A stretch of DNA of 49,509 bases from Chlorokybus atmophyticus. Its lineage: Eukaryota; Plantae; Mesostigma and Chlorokybus algae. The first letter of the stretch is position 1. The number at the start of each line of letters is the position of its first letter. Under the pieces are notes generated by a model. The model saw nothing but the letters and a program-made list of their open reading frames with translations. It was not told the origin of the DNA and searched no databases. The DNA is taken from assembly GCA_009103225.1 (NCBI GenBank), contig RHPI01002568.1:605729-655237 (forward strand), in the 5' to 3' direction. Shown here piece after piece: positions 1-11,404 of this stretch. Both the position numbers and the translations under genes were made by a program.

Positions 1-1209
1 TCATGGATGTATCTCCTCCGCTCCGGGTCTGCAGTGTCGGTCACCTCAAATCTCCGCCATGACTTATCTGCGACAGTCATACCGACAAGGCATTAGTCAC
101 GAAATAGATAGTTCAAGTTGAGCCTGCACCAGGCTAGAATAGTGCCTGTGACTTACTTTGGAGCGCGTTGCGCATCTGGGCTTTTTGGGTCTCGGGGTCC
201 ATTAGGGCGTCGATGTGCCTGATTGAATCGGTTACAATAGGCGAGATGAGTACGTGTGTATGGAGGCTGAGTAAGAAGGCAGTGTTGCATAGCAGACATG
301 GTGGTGAGGGACCCAACTCACTTGCGCTTGTTGCTGTTAAACAGTGTCCACTTGTACTCCTTTTCAAGGACATGCTTGATCCTGGTGACGTTCTTAGACC
401 GGACCTGCGTAGCTTTCTTCAAGGCGACACTCCAGTGGAAGGGGCACTCTTTGGGAGTCCAGTACACCTCATAGAACTTGGCCGCATCGGCCTCGTCGCC
501 ATCGTCGAAGCCAACTAACTGTCACGGGCAGGTTGGTCAGTGTCACGGTGCAGTGCGGTCATGAAGCATTCACAGCACCTGACACATGACGTTACGAATA
601 GTGTCCTCCTTGGGATAAACGTGGCTCTCTACCCAGTGGCCGTTTATGATTTCAACGACGGCATCTCGCAAATGCTGTCCACAGAAGAACAATCCGTTAC
701 ACACATACACACAGTGTCACAGTGTCACACAGTGCTTACCTCGTTGCTAATCTTCCACTTGCTTGGGGAAGGGTTGCTGACGACCGAGGTTGCCACGTCA
801 CGGCCAAATGTTTTAGGTTGGGGGTTCCAATCAACCCCCTGCAAACACAACCACATTGGACATGTTGCCAGCCATGAAAGATGCAACCCTCACAGTTGCA
901 AAAGAAGAACAACGTGCACAGTGTATTCGGAACGCATGCAGTGAGTCACTGTGCTAGTCATGAAAGAAGCAAGCATCCAAGTTAGAAGTTGAGCAAGAAG
1001 CAACGTGCACAGTGCTTCAAGAACGCATGCAGTCTAGCTTGCCCTTGCGACTGCGGTGTCAGGTGGAGTTGTTGTGATGTGCTGGGCGTTAGCGCGGGGT
1101 CTTGCTGCGATTGGTTGGCGACGGTTGCCTGGTTGAACACTGGGGGCAATGTGGACAACTGGCGCCGACCTCCACAACGAGGTGCACTTACGGATGGACC
1201 ACGAGGCAT
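1..1209 (-). pseudogene. Element gene X, 5' part (spliced, unknown accessory protein), copy A
   Basis: Exon 1 MPRGPS|gtaagt; exon 2 ATVANQ...SQG|gcaagc. Following exons are the reverse complement of 11405-12243. A 1-nt deletion near 820 relative to the 11.4-kb copy shifts the frame. Confidence 0.6.
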
Positions 1210-1299
1210 CTCTCTAACTGATAGTTGGGTGCCGCCTGTTTAGCTGATAGTGGCGCTGCCGCCTCCAACGCTGCCGCCGCTGGTTGGCCCGCCCGAATG

Positions 1300-1560
1300 T
1301 ACGAGGCGCGAAAACGAAAATGGGGCGGTTTTGAACGTCTAGAGTCCCGTACTAGAGTCGCACTTGTAGTGCGTCCTTGCTCCTATGGTTGATGGTACGA
1401 CTTATGCATTCGTGCCATCCATGCTTCGTACAACCATTGGTAACAATGGTTGTGTCGTAACATTTATGGTACGACAGAGGCATCTCTCGTCCAACCCCAG
1501 CCATTGCCGTACAATGGCTCTGTCGTACCATCCATGGTACGACCGAGGCATTACTCGATT
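1300..1560. promoter_or_regulatory. Element promoter hub 2 (between divergent gene X and the OTU/RING gene)
   Basis: Four exact TCGTACCAT/ATGGTACGA sites (1392, 1466, 1523, 1534); inverted repeats at 1430-1453 and 1522-1543; GCGCGAAAA (E2F-like) near 1306. Confidence 0.5.
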
Positions 1561-2556
1561 AGCCCAAATGGGAGTTAGCATGCACTCACCCAAACACGCT
1601 TCATTGATGGCCGGATGATGGCACGCAGGGGCACCAGGTCGATAACGGATCGAATATCAGGCTTGATGGGCCTGGGTTCGACTAGGAGGCGGAGGACCAG
1701 GAGTCGGAGGCGGCGGCGGCGGCGGCGTGGCACATCTTGCGAGAAGTTGTGGTCGTAAGAGTTCAAGCAGCGAAGCCAGCTACTACCGGTCGCCACGTCA
1801 TGGATCATGGCAGGCGTCAGCAATGGGCTGTCCAACATGCATCACCAACATTGGACAAACCAGCAGGCAAGCCATTAAAAGACCATCTTCACACAGAGAG
1901 CTGCTTGGTGGCTCGCTTTCTGCAACAAGGAGTGGATCAGGAGCTGCAGTCCTTGAAGCCCCTTGTCAGAACCATGCGGGACCAATTGCGGCTGTGGGAA
2001 CAAGCACAAAGGAATGCATAGGTACGCTGAACAGTCAAATGCATTTCCTTGCAAAAGCAATTTGTTTTTTAGCGCAATCCATGTGATATATGTAGCGTGG
2101 CTGCAGGCCTCCACTATTCACCCATACCCACCCTACAGTCAAGCCGACATTGCGGAAGCCAGAGCAGATAGACAGAGCTAGGCGGCGGTATGTTGTTGCC
2201 AATCTCGCTGTGCATGTTGACTGCTGCACCTCCAATGCATGCCTACCTTTGCATGCTAGGATGTGCGTGAGCGTGCGAAGTCGCGCGCGCGTGCCGAACG
2301 AAGTAGGCTGGGTTTGAGCACAGGAGCGCGTGGCCATTCGTCCGGCATTCAACCAATAGTGCATCAACCAGCAATGACGCAGTCCATGCAATCATTCGTG
2401 CATCAACCAGCAATGCCGCAGGTGACTGTTCGAAGCAACCAACTGATGACGGTGTGACGCAGTTGACTATTGCAATTGCAGTGTCGCAAGCATGCAGCTA
2501 ACCCACATGTGATTGGTTGACAGCACCACAGTGCACTAGGTTCTGTTGGAGCTCCC

Positions 2557-4051
2557 ATGCAAGCCCACTTGCTGATGGGCGCGGCGGCAATGCGGCATCA
2601 GTTTAACATGCATGTTGGCCTATTGAATCCCGACATGTCCATTGGGGCAGTGGCGCATGATGTGCCCATGGCTCAAGAGCTCCGTGACGAGTCTGCCATT
2701 GAGGGTGGCGGGGAGAGTGCAGCCAATACCACCTTGTCAGCCCCCATGGCTTCCCCTGCTCCATGCAGCCCACGGGCCATTGAGGTAAGTCGCTGTCTTT
2801 TATGCTCGTGCCTTGGTAACAATGCGTCAGGCACTGCATAAGCTTATATTCGTCCTTTGCAACATTGTGAGCCATCTTATCCTGGGTCCTGTATACAGCC
2901 CCCCTTGCTGCATGCACAAGTGGTCTCACCTGCAGCTCCTGCTCCCCTCGCAGCCAGAGCGCAACCACCTTCCGCGGCACCAGTCCTTCATGCACTGCCA
3001 TCTCCTCCACAAGCAGCACCGGTGATTGCGGGGCAACAATCCTTCTTGCCGCCACCGGCAAGACCACAGCACAATGCAACAACCGATGTGGCTTCTGCAC
3101 CTACCTTACCCCCCCCGCTGCAAGTTGAAGCCGGCAGTCTGCCCCAAACTCAGGTACTTTATCAATCACTGTGACTCTTGCCGTCCACAGTCGGACACAC
3201 CATTTGAGTGCTGTATGCGCATGCAGCAGGGGTTACCACCGGCCAGCGGGTCACCAGAGGAGCTGGCCGCAACCCGCATACGGCCATCAGTCATGCTAGG
3301 TGGCCAGCTCGCCTCATGGGACCACTTCAATGCGCCAACGGATGGTAATTGCTTCTACCATTGTGTATTTCGCGCCAGGCCAGCCATAGCGCAAAGTGTC
3401 CTGGATGATCACAAGTGCCCCAGCTCGAGCAGATTTTGGGCCACGCTGAACACCATGGACAACGACGACAGGGGGCACACTCTCCGAAAAATCACCGCCA
3501 AGGCTGTCGATGCAGGCGTGGCGAGCAGAATCCTAGACTTCTGCAGAGCCACTGGTGCCGCGGGAGAGATGGCGCAGTATTGCGACAAACTGCCTGCGAC
3601 CATGTTGGCTGATGTCAATTGCAACATTGACCTAGCCATGGCCAAGGTGCAACAGATTGTGCGGAGAAAAGATGTGTACGTCGAGCACCTGCAGATGACC
3701 ATGTTTGCCAACAAGCTGGGCTTGTTGACAAGCTGCGTGACCGTTCAGCGCGAGCATGGGGAGTGGGTGCCACGGCCCGGCAGCGCTGTTTGGGTTGGAA
3801 ATAAAGAAGCCCCCAACTCAGTCCTGGTTGTGGGCAACATTGCTTCTGATGAGCCAGAAGCACACTTTTGGCTCCTCAAGCCTGCAAGCATTGAACAGTG
3901 GTCGTGGCCTATGCATGAAGTGCCACCGGAGGTAACACACCTGATCGGAGAGTGGCGGAATGGCGTTGCCAATTCCCCGCTACCACCGGCTGTGACCCAG
4001 AGTGCTGCGCCAACGCCTCAGGCCTCGCCTTCGTGTGCTAGCGAGAAGTAG
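2557..4051 (+). CDS. OTU-like cysteine protease (deubiquitinase-like) with Pro-rich N-terminus; element cargo, probably continues past 4051 through a frameshift
   Basis: APTDGNCFYHCVF (OTU Asp/Cys box) and EAHFWLL (His box). Phase-0 splicing ...AIE|gtaagt..tacag|PPLL...QTQ|gtactt..gcag|QGLP. Confidence 0.7.
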
Positions 4052-4901
4052 CCGAGTGTTCTGCACATCCGGCCTCCCCTCAACCACAGCCACATGCTCG
4101 CAATCCCAATTCAGCACCCTCCCTTCCAGCCGCGGAGACTCACTTGCCACCGCACTCTGAGCATCCGGAGGCATCTCCATCAAGAAGCAGCTGTAGCTCG
4201 CCCTCTCCCTCTAAGCTTGCCACATTGATCCCAGCCTGTCTTGTTGGTAAAGAGATTAATCGAGGTGTCCTGAAAGCTGCGCTGAAAGACAAAGGCTTCA
4301 TGCTCGTTGCCTCCCGTTCCTTCACGACCTCATGAAGCAATATGAGGTCGTGGAGAAACGGGAGGCAACCAACAAGCGCAAGGCTGTGGAGCAAGAAGAT
4401 AATGCCTTACCTCCTCTGAGGGACAGTGCCACGGTGAGCGCTTGCCAGAATGTGCAGGGTGACGGAAAAAAAAAAAAAGAAGGTTATTGGAACAAGGGAC
4501 GCTGACGGGACCAAAAAAGGAAAGGTGAGGCATCGTTACAACATTAGAAAAAGCGCCTTGAAGCCTCACTGGGGCTGACTGTGTGTCCTAAGTAGGCACA
4601 TGCGGTTTTACAGCGTTAAGTGGATGCTCAGCATCGTCCAGAGAGACAGCCGGTGCGGCACGTGCTGTCTAAGCTTAAAGCACCGACGCGCAGACGCTTT
4701 GAGGGGCTGACTCGTAGTGCAAAGGAGTTAATCACCCTACAGTACGCCCAAGACGCGCTGCATCACCGCATGCGGCATGCCTCCAGGTGGGTGACGAAAG
4801 TATGCAATAAGTGGGAGCAAACGCGGAGAGTGCGGTCTAAATAGACCTCTGGGGATTGCCCGTGGTTGGAACCCATACACGATATGGCCATCCGTAGTTA
4901 G

Positions 4902-5582
4902 TTGTTGCCCCTCGCCGTCCTCGATATAATGGTGTTGTTGCTGCCGCAGCAACCCGGCAATGTGCAAGAGCTATCTGCGGAGCAGAACTTCGACCTGCTG
5001 CAGCAGATGTACCTGTCGATGTCGACCAATGCGGGTCGAAATGTGTGCCACTACCTGAGCAAACATACTGGGTGGCAAGTAAAACCATTCGAGCTGTACT
5101 TGGCATGCTTTGGCTGGCAGTGGCTGTATGTCATACGGCACGTCGAGCTGATTCTGTGGAAGCTCGAAGAAAATGACAATGCGGGGGAGTACACGAGTAA
5201 CGACAGCCATGTCGAGGGCCTGGATGAACGCATGCTGGACGAGACCACCAAGACCAGCAGGTGGTGTATGGCGGCAGACGGGCAACAGGTGATCACGCAG
5301 GCAGTGGAGCGTTATGCTGCGCTATTCAGATGGGAGTCGCTACGCCTGCAACGCGATAACAGAGTTTGGTGGCAGAGGCAGCTTGCACACCCGCGTGCAC
5401 CATGTGTGCTGATTTGTCGCATTGAAGAGCCACCCCCCCCAGCGGATGGGGAGACGCCCTGTTGCAATAAAGCGATGTGCCATGTCTGCATCATAGCACA
5501 TCAGACGATTGTGGCAAATAAATTAAAGAATCTACAAGCGTGTCCATTCTGCAACCTCACCCTTTTTGGTCGCCACGCCTGA
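4902..5582 (+). CDS. Exon encoding a C-terminal RING-like zinc finger; element cargo
   Basis: CVLIC-x14-CCNKAMCHVC-x16-CPFC at the C-terminus; acceptor ccgcag at about 4929. Confidence 0.55.
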   Translation: MLPLAVLDIMVLLLPQQPGNVQELSAEQNFDLLQQMYLSMSTNAGRNVCHYLSKHTGWQVKPFELYLACFGWQWLYVIRHVELILWKLEENDNAGEYTSNDSHVEGLDERMLDETTKTSRWCMAADGQQVITQAVERYAALFRWESLRLQRDNRVWWQRQLAHPRAPCVLICRIEEPPPPADGETPCCNKAMCHVCIIAHQTIVANKLKNLQACPFCNLTLFGRHA

Positions 5583-5890
5583 TGCAAGACGCCAACGTGT
5601 CGGCGGTGATTTGGCCCCCGCCTTGACGCCAATTGTGCATGTATTGTAGTTTTGTGTTGGCTTCCTGTGAACCATGTAGATACATGTATAGTTGCAGCAT
5701 GGTGCATGATGCACCAGAGATCTGCTGTTGTCAGAAGCATTGGCTGTACATGTGTATGATGACTGCCCTGCGCATGAGTCAGTGCATACCTCGCTGTTTT
5801 ATAGCGTGGTTGACAGCAACAAACTCGGACAGCGCTCTGGGTTCCATGGCATGACAGCACAGTATTACTCTACGATCGTGGTAGTATGCG

Positions 5891-6217
5891 AGTGGTAGCT
5901 ACCCCACCAGCACGCTGCTCGCACGCGGGCAAGGCAGTTGGACTGCTATCGCCGCATCGCCGCTGTCCGCTAGCGCGAAGAAGACAATCGTGACATCAAA
6001 CGCACCACAGCAGATGTACCCGGTCTATGGCCTTCCAAGCACCAGGGGCGGCATTGCTGCGTGGCAAACAGCGCTGAGAGTGCCATGGGTGACCTCGGCC
6101 GTTTCCATAGCGAATGCAGTTCCTCCCGCAATGGCGGAGTGCATAGGGCGTCTCATGCTTAAAACAATAGATATGCGATGTGACTACCCTCCTGTGTCAT
6201 GGAACTATGAGGCTTGA
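5891..6217 (+). pseudogene. C-terminal remnant of C5 cytosine DNA methyltransferase (copy A)
   Basis: WQTALRVPWVTSAVSIANAVPPAMAECIGRLML (motif X). Reverse complement of 48476-48797; upstream motifs deleted. Confidence 0.75.
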
Positions 6218-6420
6218 GTGTGGTGCACTGTATTGATGCTTAATACCACACGGGGGACTGATTGTTGAATGTTGCATGGCACATTCGATTGTGGTGACAG
6301 TTGTGCAGTGACAGCTGCCCGGTATTGTACACGTCCACATGCAAAAGTCTTAGCATACGATTAGCAATGCCTAACTGACTGATATGCTCCAAACTCAGAG
6401 TAGTGAGACAAGTACATGTG

Positions 6421-9400
6421 TCACGTGGAAGTGCAGTGAACGTTCACCCAATACTTGCCCTCTTGTACACGGGCGCTGTCCTTGTCAAACATGGGGAGCA
6501 GCTGGACAATGCCTTTTACTTGCTCCACAGTCACGACATCGAGATGTGGACCGCCTCAACGCTTTTCCCAGTCTAGAGCGATGCACTTTGTGTCGCTCGT
6601 CACATCCAACTTCGTGTACCAGCGGACAAACACGACCTCCTTCCACACGCGCTCGCCGCTACCACCCCACACCACCACGCGCAGAAAAAGGAGTGCCTGA
6701 GCCCACCACGTCACGTTCACACCGTCCTCATCACCTTCCAACTCAAGTGTAGAGAACCAAGGCCGCCCATGGAACATCCCAGTTGCGCGCGCCATGCTGA
6801 CTCCTGATGTCATGTACACCGCTGCGCCTCCGTTCACCACGCGAAAAGCACGCCACCCGTCGGCCAACTCCAGTTGTTCCCTCCTCAACCAGCTGTCCAG
6901 GCAGCTTGTCGGCGAATGGAGTCTTCAAGGCGACTTGGCGGCTACGCGCAGATCCGCTCCAGTACGAGCTGGACTCCCTCCTTGTCAGCACATCCATCCG
7001 TAGCAACTTGTCCGTCTTCTCCATGACATTACAGCACTGCTGCCGCGCCTGCGCCATGACCGAGCGCATCTCGGGATCCACGACCATGCCATCCTCTCTC
7101 ACATATTCCGCACAGCTCCATGCCTTCAGGATACGTGCCTGGTAGTCCCGGTTGTTGCCACCACGCGCCCACTGTTTGATATTTTGGGCGTGCATCTGCT
7201 CCATGTGGTTGGCGCTGAACCAATCTGGGTGTCCACTGCTGACAATTGCCGGCCCAAAATGAGTGAGCTGATGCATCTTCTCGATCTTCCAACCTGACTT
7301 CTGTGCAGAATATGACGACAGTAGCGGATGCAACACTGCAGCTTTGAAGGCAGCTAGCTCGTTAACGGCTGTGGTCAAGGTCTCTCTTGTGTGTTCATGC
7401 GCCTTGAGCAACTTCTTGTTCCACTGGGCAAGCGATGCGGCAGCAATGGTGAAGAAATCGTTGCCCTCACTGTCGAGCAGCAAACCGTTTGCGAGGACCG
7501 GCAGCAGCTGCAGCACCGCCACTTTCTCCACCACCTGAAAGGAGTGGTCGGACAGGAAGAAATCTACTGTGCTTGTGGGTGCCTTGAAGTGCGAAACTTG
7601 CAGAGTCGCCTTGCATGCATTCAGCCTGTGCACATCTGCTTGTGAGCACGTGTCGTTGCATTCTGTGTTCAAGACAAAAGCAACACGAAAGACGTGCCCG
7701 GCCTGCAGAATCTGTCTCGTGGATGGACGCATTCGTTCCTTCGCGGCGTCGTACACAGCAGCAAGCAGGTGGTTAATGATGCCTCCTAGCACATGCATTG
7801 CGTCAGGGGCAAGACGAGAGTAGCAGTCAGCTCCCGGCAAACGCGACTGTCGCCAACCCCACAGTGCATTCTGTTGCCAAAGCACATTGCCTGGTCTCAC
7901 GGAAAGCCATTCATCCTCACGAATGCCGATAATTTGACCATTACCTCCTCGACATGCATGGAGTGCTGCTCTTTGCAAGCCTTGGCTGCCTGGCGTGCAT
8001 TCCTAACACCGCTATGCAGGTCCGCCCGCAGCTGACGTAGTGCTGGTGTGTAGAAGGCCTCGGTTCTTAATTCCCGGTCCTCATCCATCTCTAACAGATC
8101 TGATTTGGTGACGAGACAAACATCGCAAGGATGTCGTGTTGGTTGCCCGACACAGTGCGTGCGAGTGTGGCAGTCTCCTACAACACGACAAACTCAGATG
8201 TTCAACTGACAACATCCTCCATGCACTGTTTGCTGGCAGGCTGCATCCGGTTACAACCATTCATGCCCACTACCTGCAAATCGCTGATGTAGTTGGCAAG
8301 CGCGGGAAACACACGACGCTCGATGCCATTCGGGTCGATGAGCTGCAGACCTTCCCAACTCGCCCGCTTCACATCCCCGAACACTACATTCAAAGCGTCA
8401 TGAAAAATCTCAAGTTTTCGAATGGACAACGATTCCTTGCCCTGCGCCCAGGTGGGATGCCCGGCCACTGCATGAACCACCGGCAGAAGCGCTATCATAA
8501 CAACCCCCATGTTGCTAGCATACATGTCCCAACTGTAGTTGGCAAGCGATGCCATCAGAGGGTAGCCAGAGCGCTTGCCCGCGCTGTTCAGCGTGGTCTT
8601 GTCACTGTACAGAATGGCAGGCGCCAAGTATGACGCTTCCCCCACCTCTCTCCTCAAATCCACCTCCACATCCTTCCACCAATCGCCCGTGGAAGGATGG
8701 CCAAAGCTGTGCTCGTCACTAGTGTACTGGAGATTGAAGCCATTGGCGGCATGTGGATTGCCATACAACCGCGCGAGCCATACCTGCTCCGACCAAGAGC
8801 ATTACTTACTATGCTGGCCTCAGAATAGATACTGCATCGATACTGCATTAGGTACTGCATTTCACAGACCTTGGCCGGCATATATGTGACGCAGATGTCC
8901 TGATCCTCAGGGTCTCCAGGCTTGCGCAGGTCAGCCGTCACGTAGTTCTGATACGGCAGCACACTCGCATGTGCATATGTGACATGGCTCTGATGGTTGA
9001 AGCACATGCACCGCACACCGTGAACACACCTCAGACTGAGAGAAAGCAATCGTGGTCCGGAGGTAGCTGGCCGCATGCACACCGGTCTCCCACTGGAGCT
9101 CTTCCGTCAGGAAGTGTGCATTTCGGATGCACTTGATGATCCGCCCCATGTCGGAGGCCGACAGGCCTTGGCCGTTGTTGCACTGCACGAATGCCACTGC
9201 AAGAGCATGCTCCGAGCCATACCACCTGGATTCCGACGCGTGCGAAGGGACGCCTCCACTTCCATGTTGGCGTGCCACAGGTTTCTCAGGCACACGCACA
9301 CATCGAAAGCCCTCGTTCACTTCCTCCTCCTCCTGTTGCTGCTGTGCGTGTGTCTCCTGGAGGAATCCTTCAGCATCAAGCATGTGAGCATCCTGGATCG

Positions 9401-9554
9401 AACTCCCCGGTTCAACATGACCCGCATCGTACTGTAATGGACGCTGGCCGACATACAGCTTGATCTGCTTGCACACCCTGCTGCTAATAATGTGCATGTA
9501 GACCGAGCTGCGTGTGGCGAAGCGCATGTGGCAATACGGACAAAGGACTCCCAT
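6421..9554 (-). pseudogene. Plavaka transposase, copy A (spliced, frameshifted)
   Basis: HPSTGDWW, AILYSDKT, GYPLMASLAN, FHDAL, GIERRVFPALANYISD, PDAMH, KMHQLTH, MEQMH, RATGMFHGRPWFS. Relative to copy B there is a 1-nt deletion at about 8139 and an 8-nt deletion at about 6898. Confidence 0.9.
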
Positions 9555-9679
9555 ATCTCACTACTAACGTCGACACAGGTGTCGCCAATGTAACCTGCAT
9601 CATATCCAGCAACACGCACACCCGCCGCCGCCGCCGCCACCGCCACCGCCACCGCTACCGCTACCGCTGCATGCCAGAG

Positions 9680-9905
9680 GCGGGAAACTTGGCCGCCAGT
9701 CACTGGCTCCGTCGTACCATTATAATGGTACGATCGAGCCATTGCACGTCCAGGGTGAGTCTCTGGATATTTTTATATACATATATATTCTGATTGAACC
9801 GTTTCAATGGTACGAAGATGCCTTTGCCAAAAGGTATAGGCATTGTACAAAGGTACCATTGAAATGGTACCTTTGTACAATGGCAATGGCAGTTCGTACC
9901 ATTGA
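9680..9905. promoter_or_regulatory. Element promoter hub 1 (between divergent transposase and gene W), copy A
   Basis: Exact TCGTACCAT/ATGGTACGA at 9712, 9725, 9807, 9894; 22-bp palindrome 9712-9733; hairpin 9841-9882 (20-bp arms); GCGGGAAA near 9680. Confidence 0.55.
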
Positions 9906-10919
9906 CAACTCTGGCAATGTCAGTCCCCCTGCGCATGAAAACACCATTGATAGCTCCGCCAAGCTATGCCCTTACAGGGGCGTGATGCCGAGGGTATGTG
10001 GCGTTTGGAAGATCGTTGGCGGCGCTGCCAGGGGCGTAGTGGGCATTGTGGTCGAGGTCCGGGATGAATTCCATGTTCGCACAGGGCGGGCAGGGTGCCG
10101 GAGGGGTGTCCTCGGTGTCAAACCCCACCAAGACTACCAAGGGCACATCCAATGACAACAGTGACTCGGGCGATATCTTACAGGGCTCCCCCTCCGAGTG
10201 GGCAAAGGCACACCACAATACTGCCTCTAAGAAAATCCGACCCACCAGCAGCTGCGACCACGGCGACATGATTGAAGGGACCAAACAAGACTGGCATAAC
10301 CAAGGTGGGTTACGATGCACTGTCAATGCCACATGCTAGGGTTCTTTTATCTTGCACATGCACAGCCTCAAGTATCTTGCACTTGACATACATTGTCAAT
10401 ACGACATGCACACCCTCATGCACAACCTCCAGTGTCATGCACATGAACAGCATGACCAATCTCGCAAATGCACAGCCTATTTCTACTTGCGGGAGCTCAC
10501 AAGTCGCAAAAGAGAAGCTGCGGAGTCAAACGAACGGGTAATCTATGACCTAGTTTAATGTTTCCAGCGGTAATTAAGCAGTATGCTTGCAGATTGCCAT
10601 GTTGGTCAGAGTGAACCAAGAGCAGCGCGGCAGGCTGACTGTCTGCCTGGCGGAGTGCAACAAAGCGGAAGACGAGGTAAGCGTGTGTATGCTGATGGGC
10701 TAGTCCTCTGGCAGCACGCCACTCTTACAGCATTACCAAATGCAGGTGGTCACTCTCAAAGCGACCATCAAGCGCATGCGCGTGCACGGCGAGGCGCTGA
10801 CATTCAAGCTGAAGGACGAAGTAGCCGCTGTACTGTCAGCGAGCGAGGCAGCGGATGAAGATGACTCCGGCGTTGAAGCAGAAGACTCGTCGGAGGAGGA
10901 ACAGGAGGAGGGGGTTTGA
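9880..10919 (+). CDS. Element gene W: spliced protein of unknown function with an acidic C-terminal tail (copy A)
   Basis: Exons ...LKYLALDIHCQYDMH...ESNER|IAMLVRVNQEQ...KAEDE|HYQMQVVTLKATIKRM...DEDDSGVEAEDSSEEEQEEGV*; present in copies A, B, C. The 5' exon model is tentative. Confidence 0.55.
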
Positions 10920-11404
10920 GGAGGAGTTTTTGGGCAGGCACCACGGGTTGACAAGCTACGCATGAGTCCGACAGCTAGACTCAATGTTATAGGATAGTTT
11001 CATGCGCAAGTCGGCTGCTCAGTTGTGAGTGGACATACTCTCACCACTGCCCGTACATTGTATATATTGTGGGCTTTTAGGTGCAAGACCAAACAATCAG
11101 TCCAAGGTTTGTACAAGCTGCATGGCATGTTGGTGTTGGCTTACGGCAAGAATTGCCAACTTTTGTCAAATGGCAAGGGTCACATATTAACAGCAGTGTA
11201 ACGGCAAAGAAACTGCACGTTCTTGATGCACTGTGCACGTTGCTTCTTGCTCAGCTTCTAACTTGGATGCTTGCTTCTATCATGACTAGCACAGTGACTC
11301 ACTGCATGCGTTCTGGATACACTGTGCACGTTGTTCTTCTTTTGCAACTGCGAGGGTTGCATCTTTCATGGCTGGCAGAATGACTCATGTGGTTGTGCTT
11401 GCAG

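Larger units (their letters stand above)
1..11216 (-). mobile_element. Plavaka-family cargo DNA transposon, copy A (runs off the left edge; lacks about 260 bp of its left end)
   Basis: 5891-11216 is the reverse complement of 43463-48797, and 2647-3101 of 49050-49509. Contains the Plavaka transposase plus cargo genes. Confidence 0.85.

Noticed and set aside
1560-2556. Additional element gene between hub 2 and the OTU exons
   Set aside because: Coding-like Gly-rich fragments exist, but no consistent frame or splice model could be built; left uncalled.
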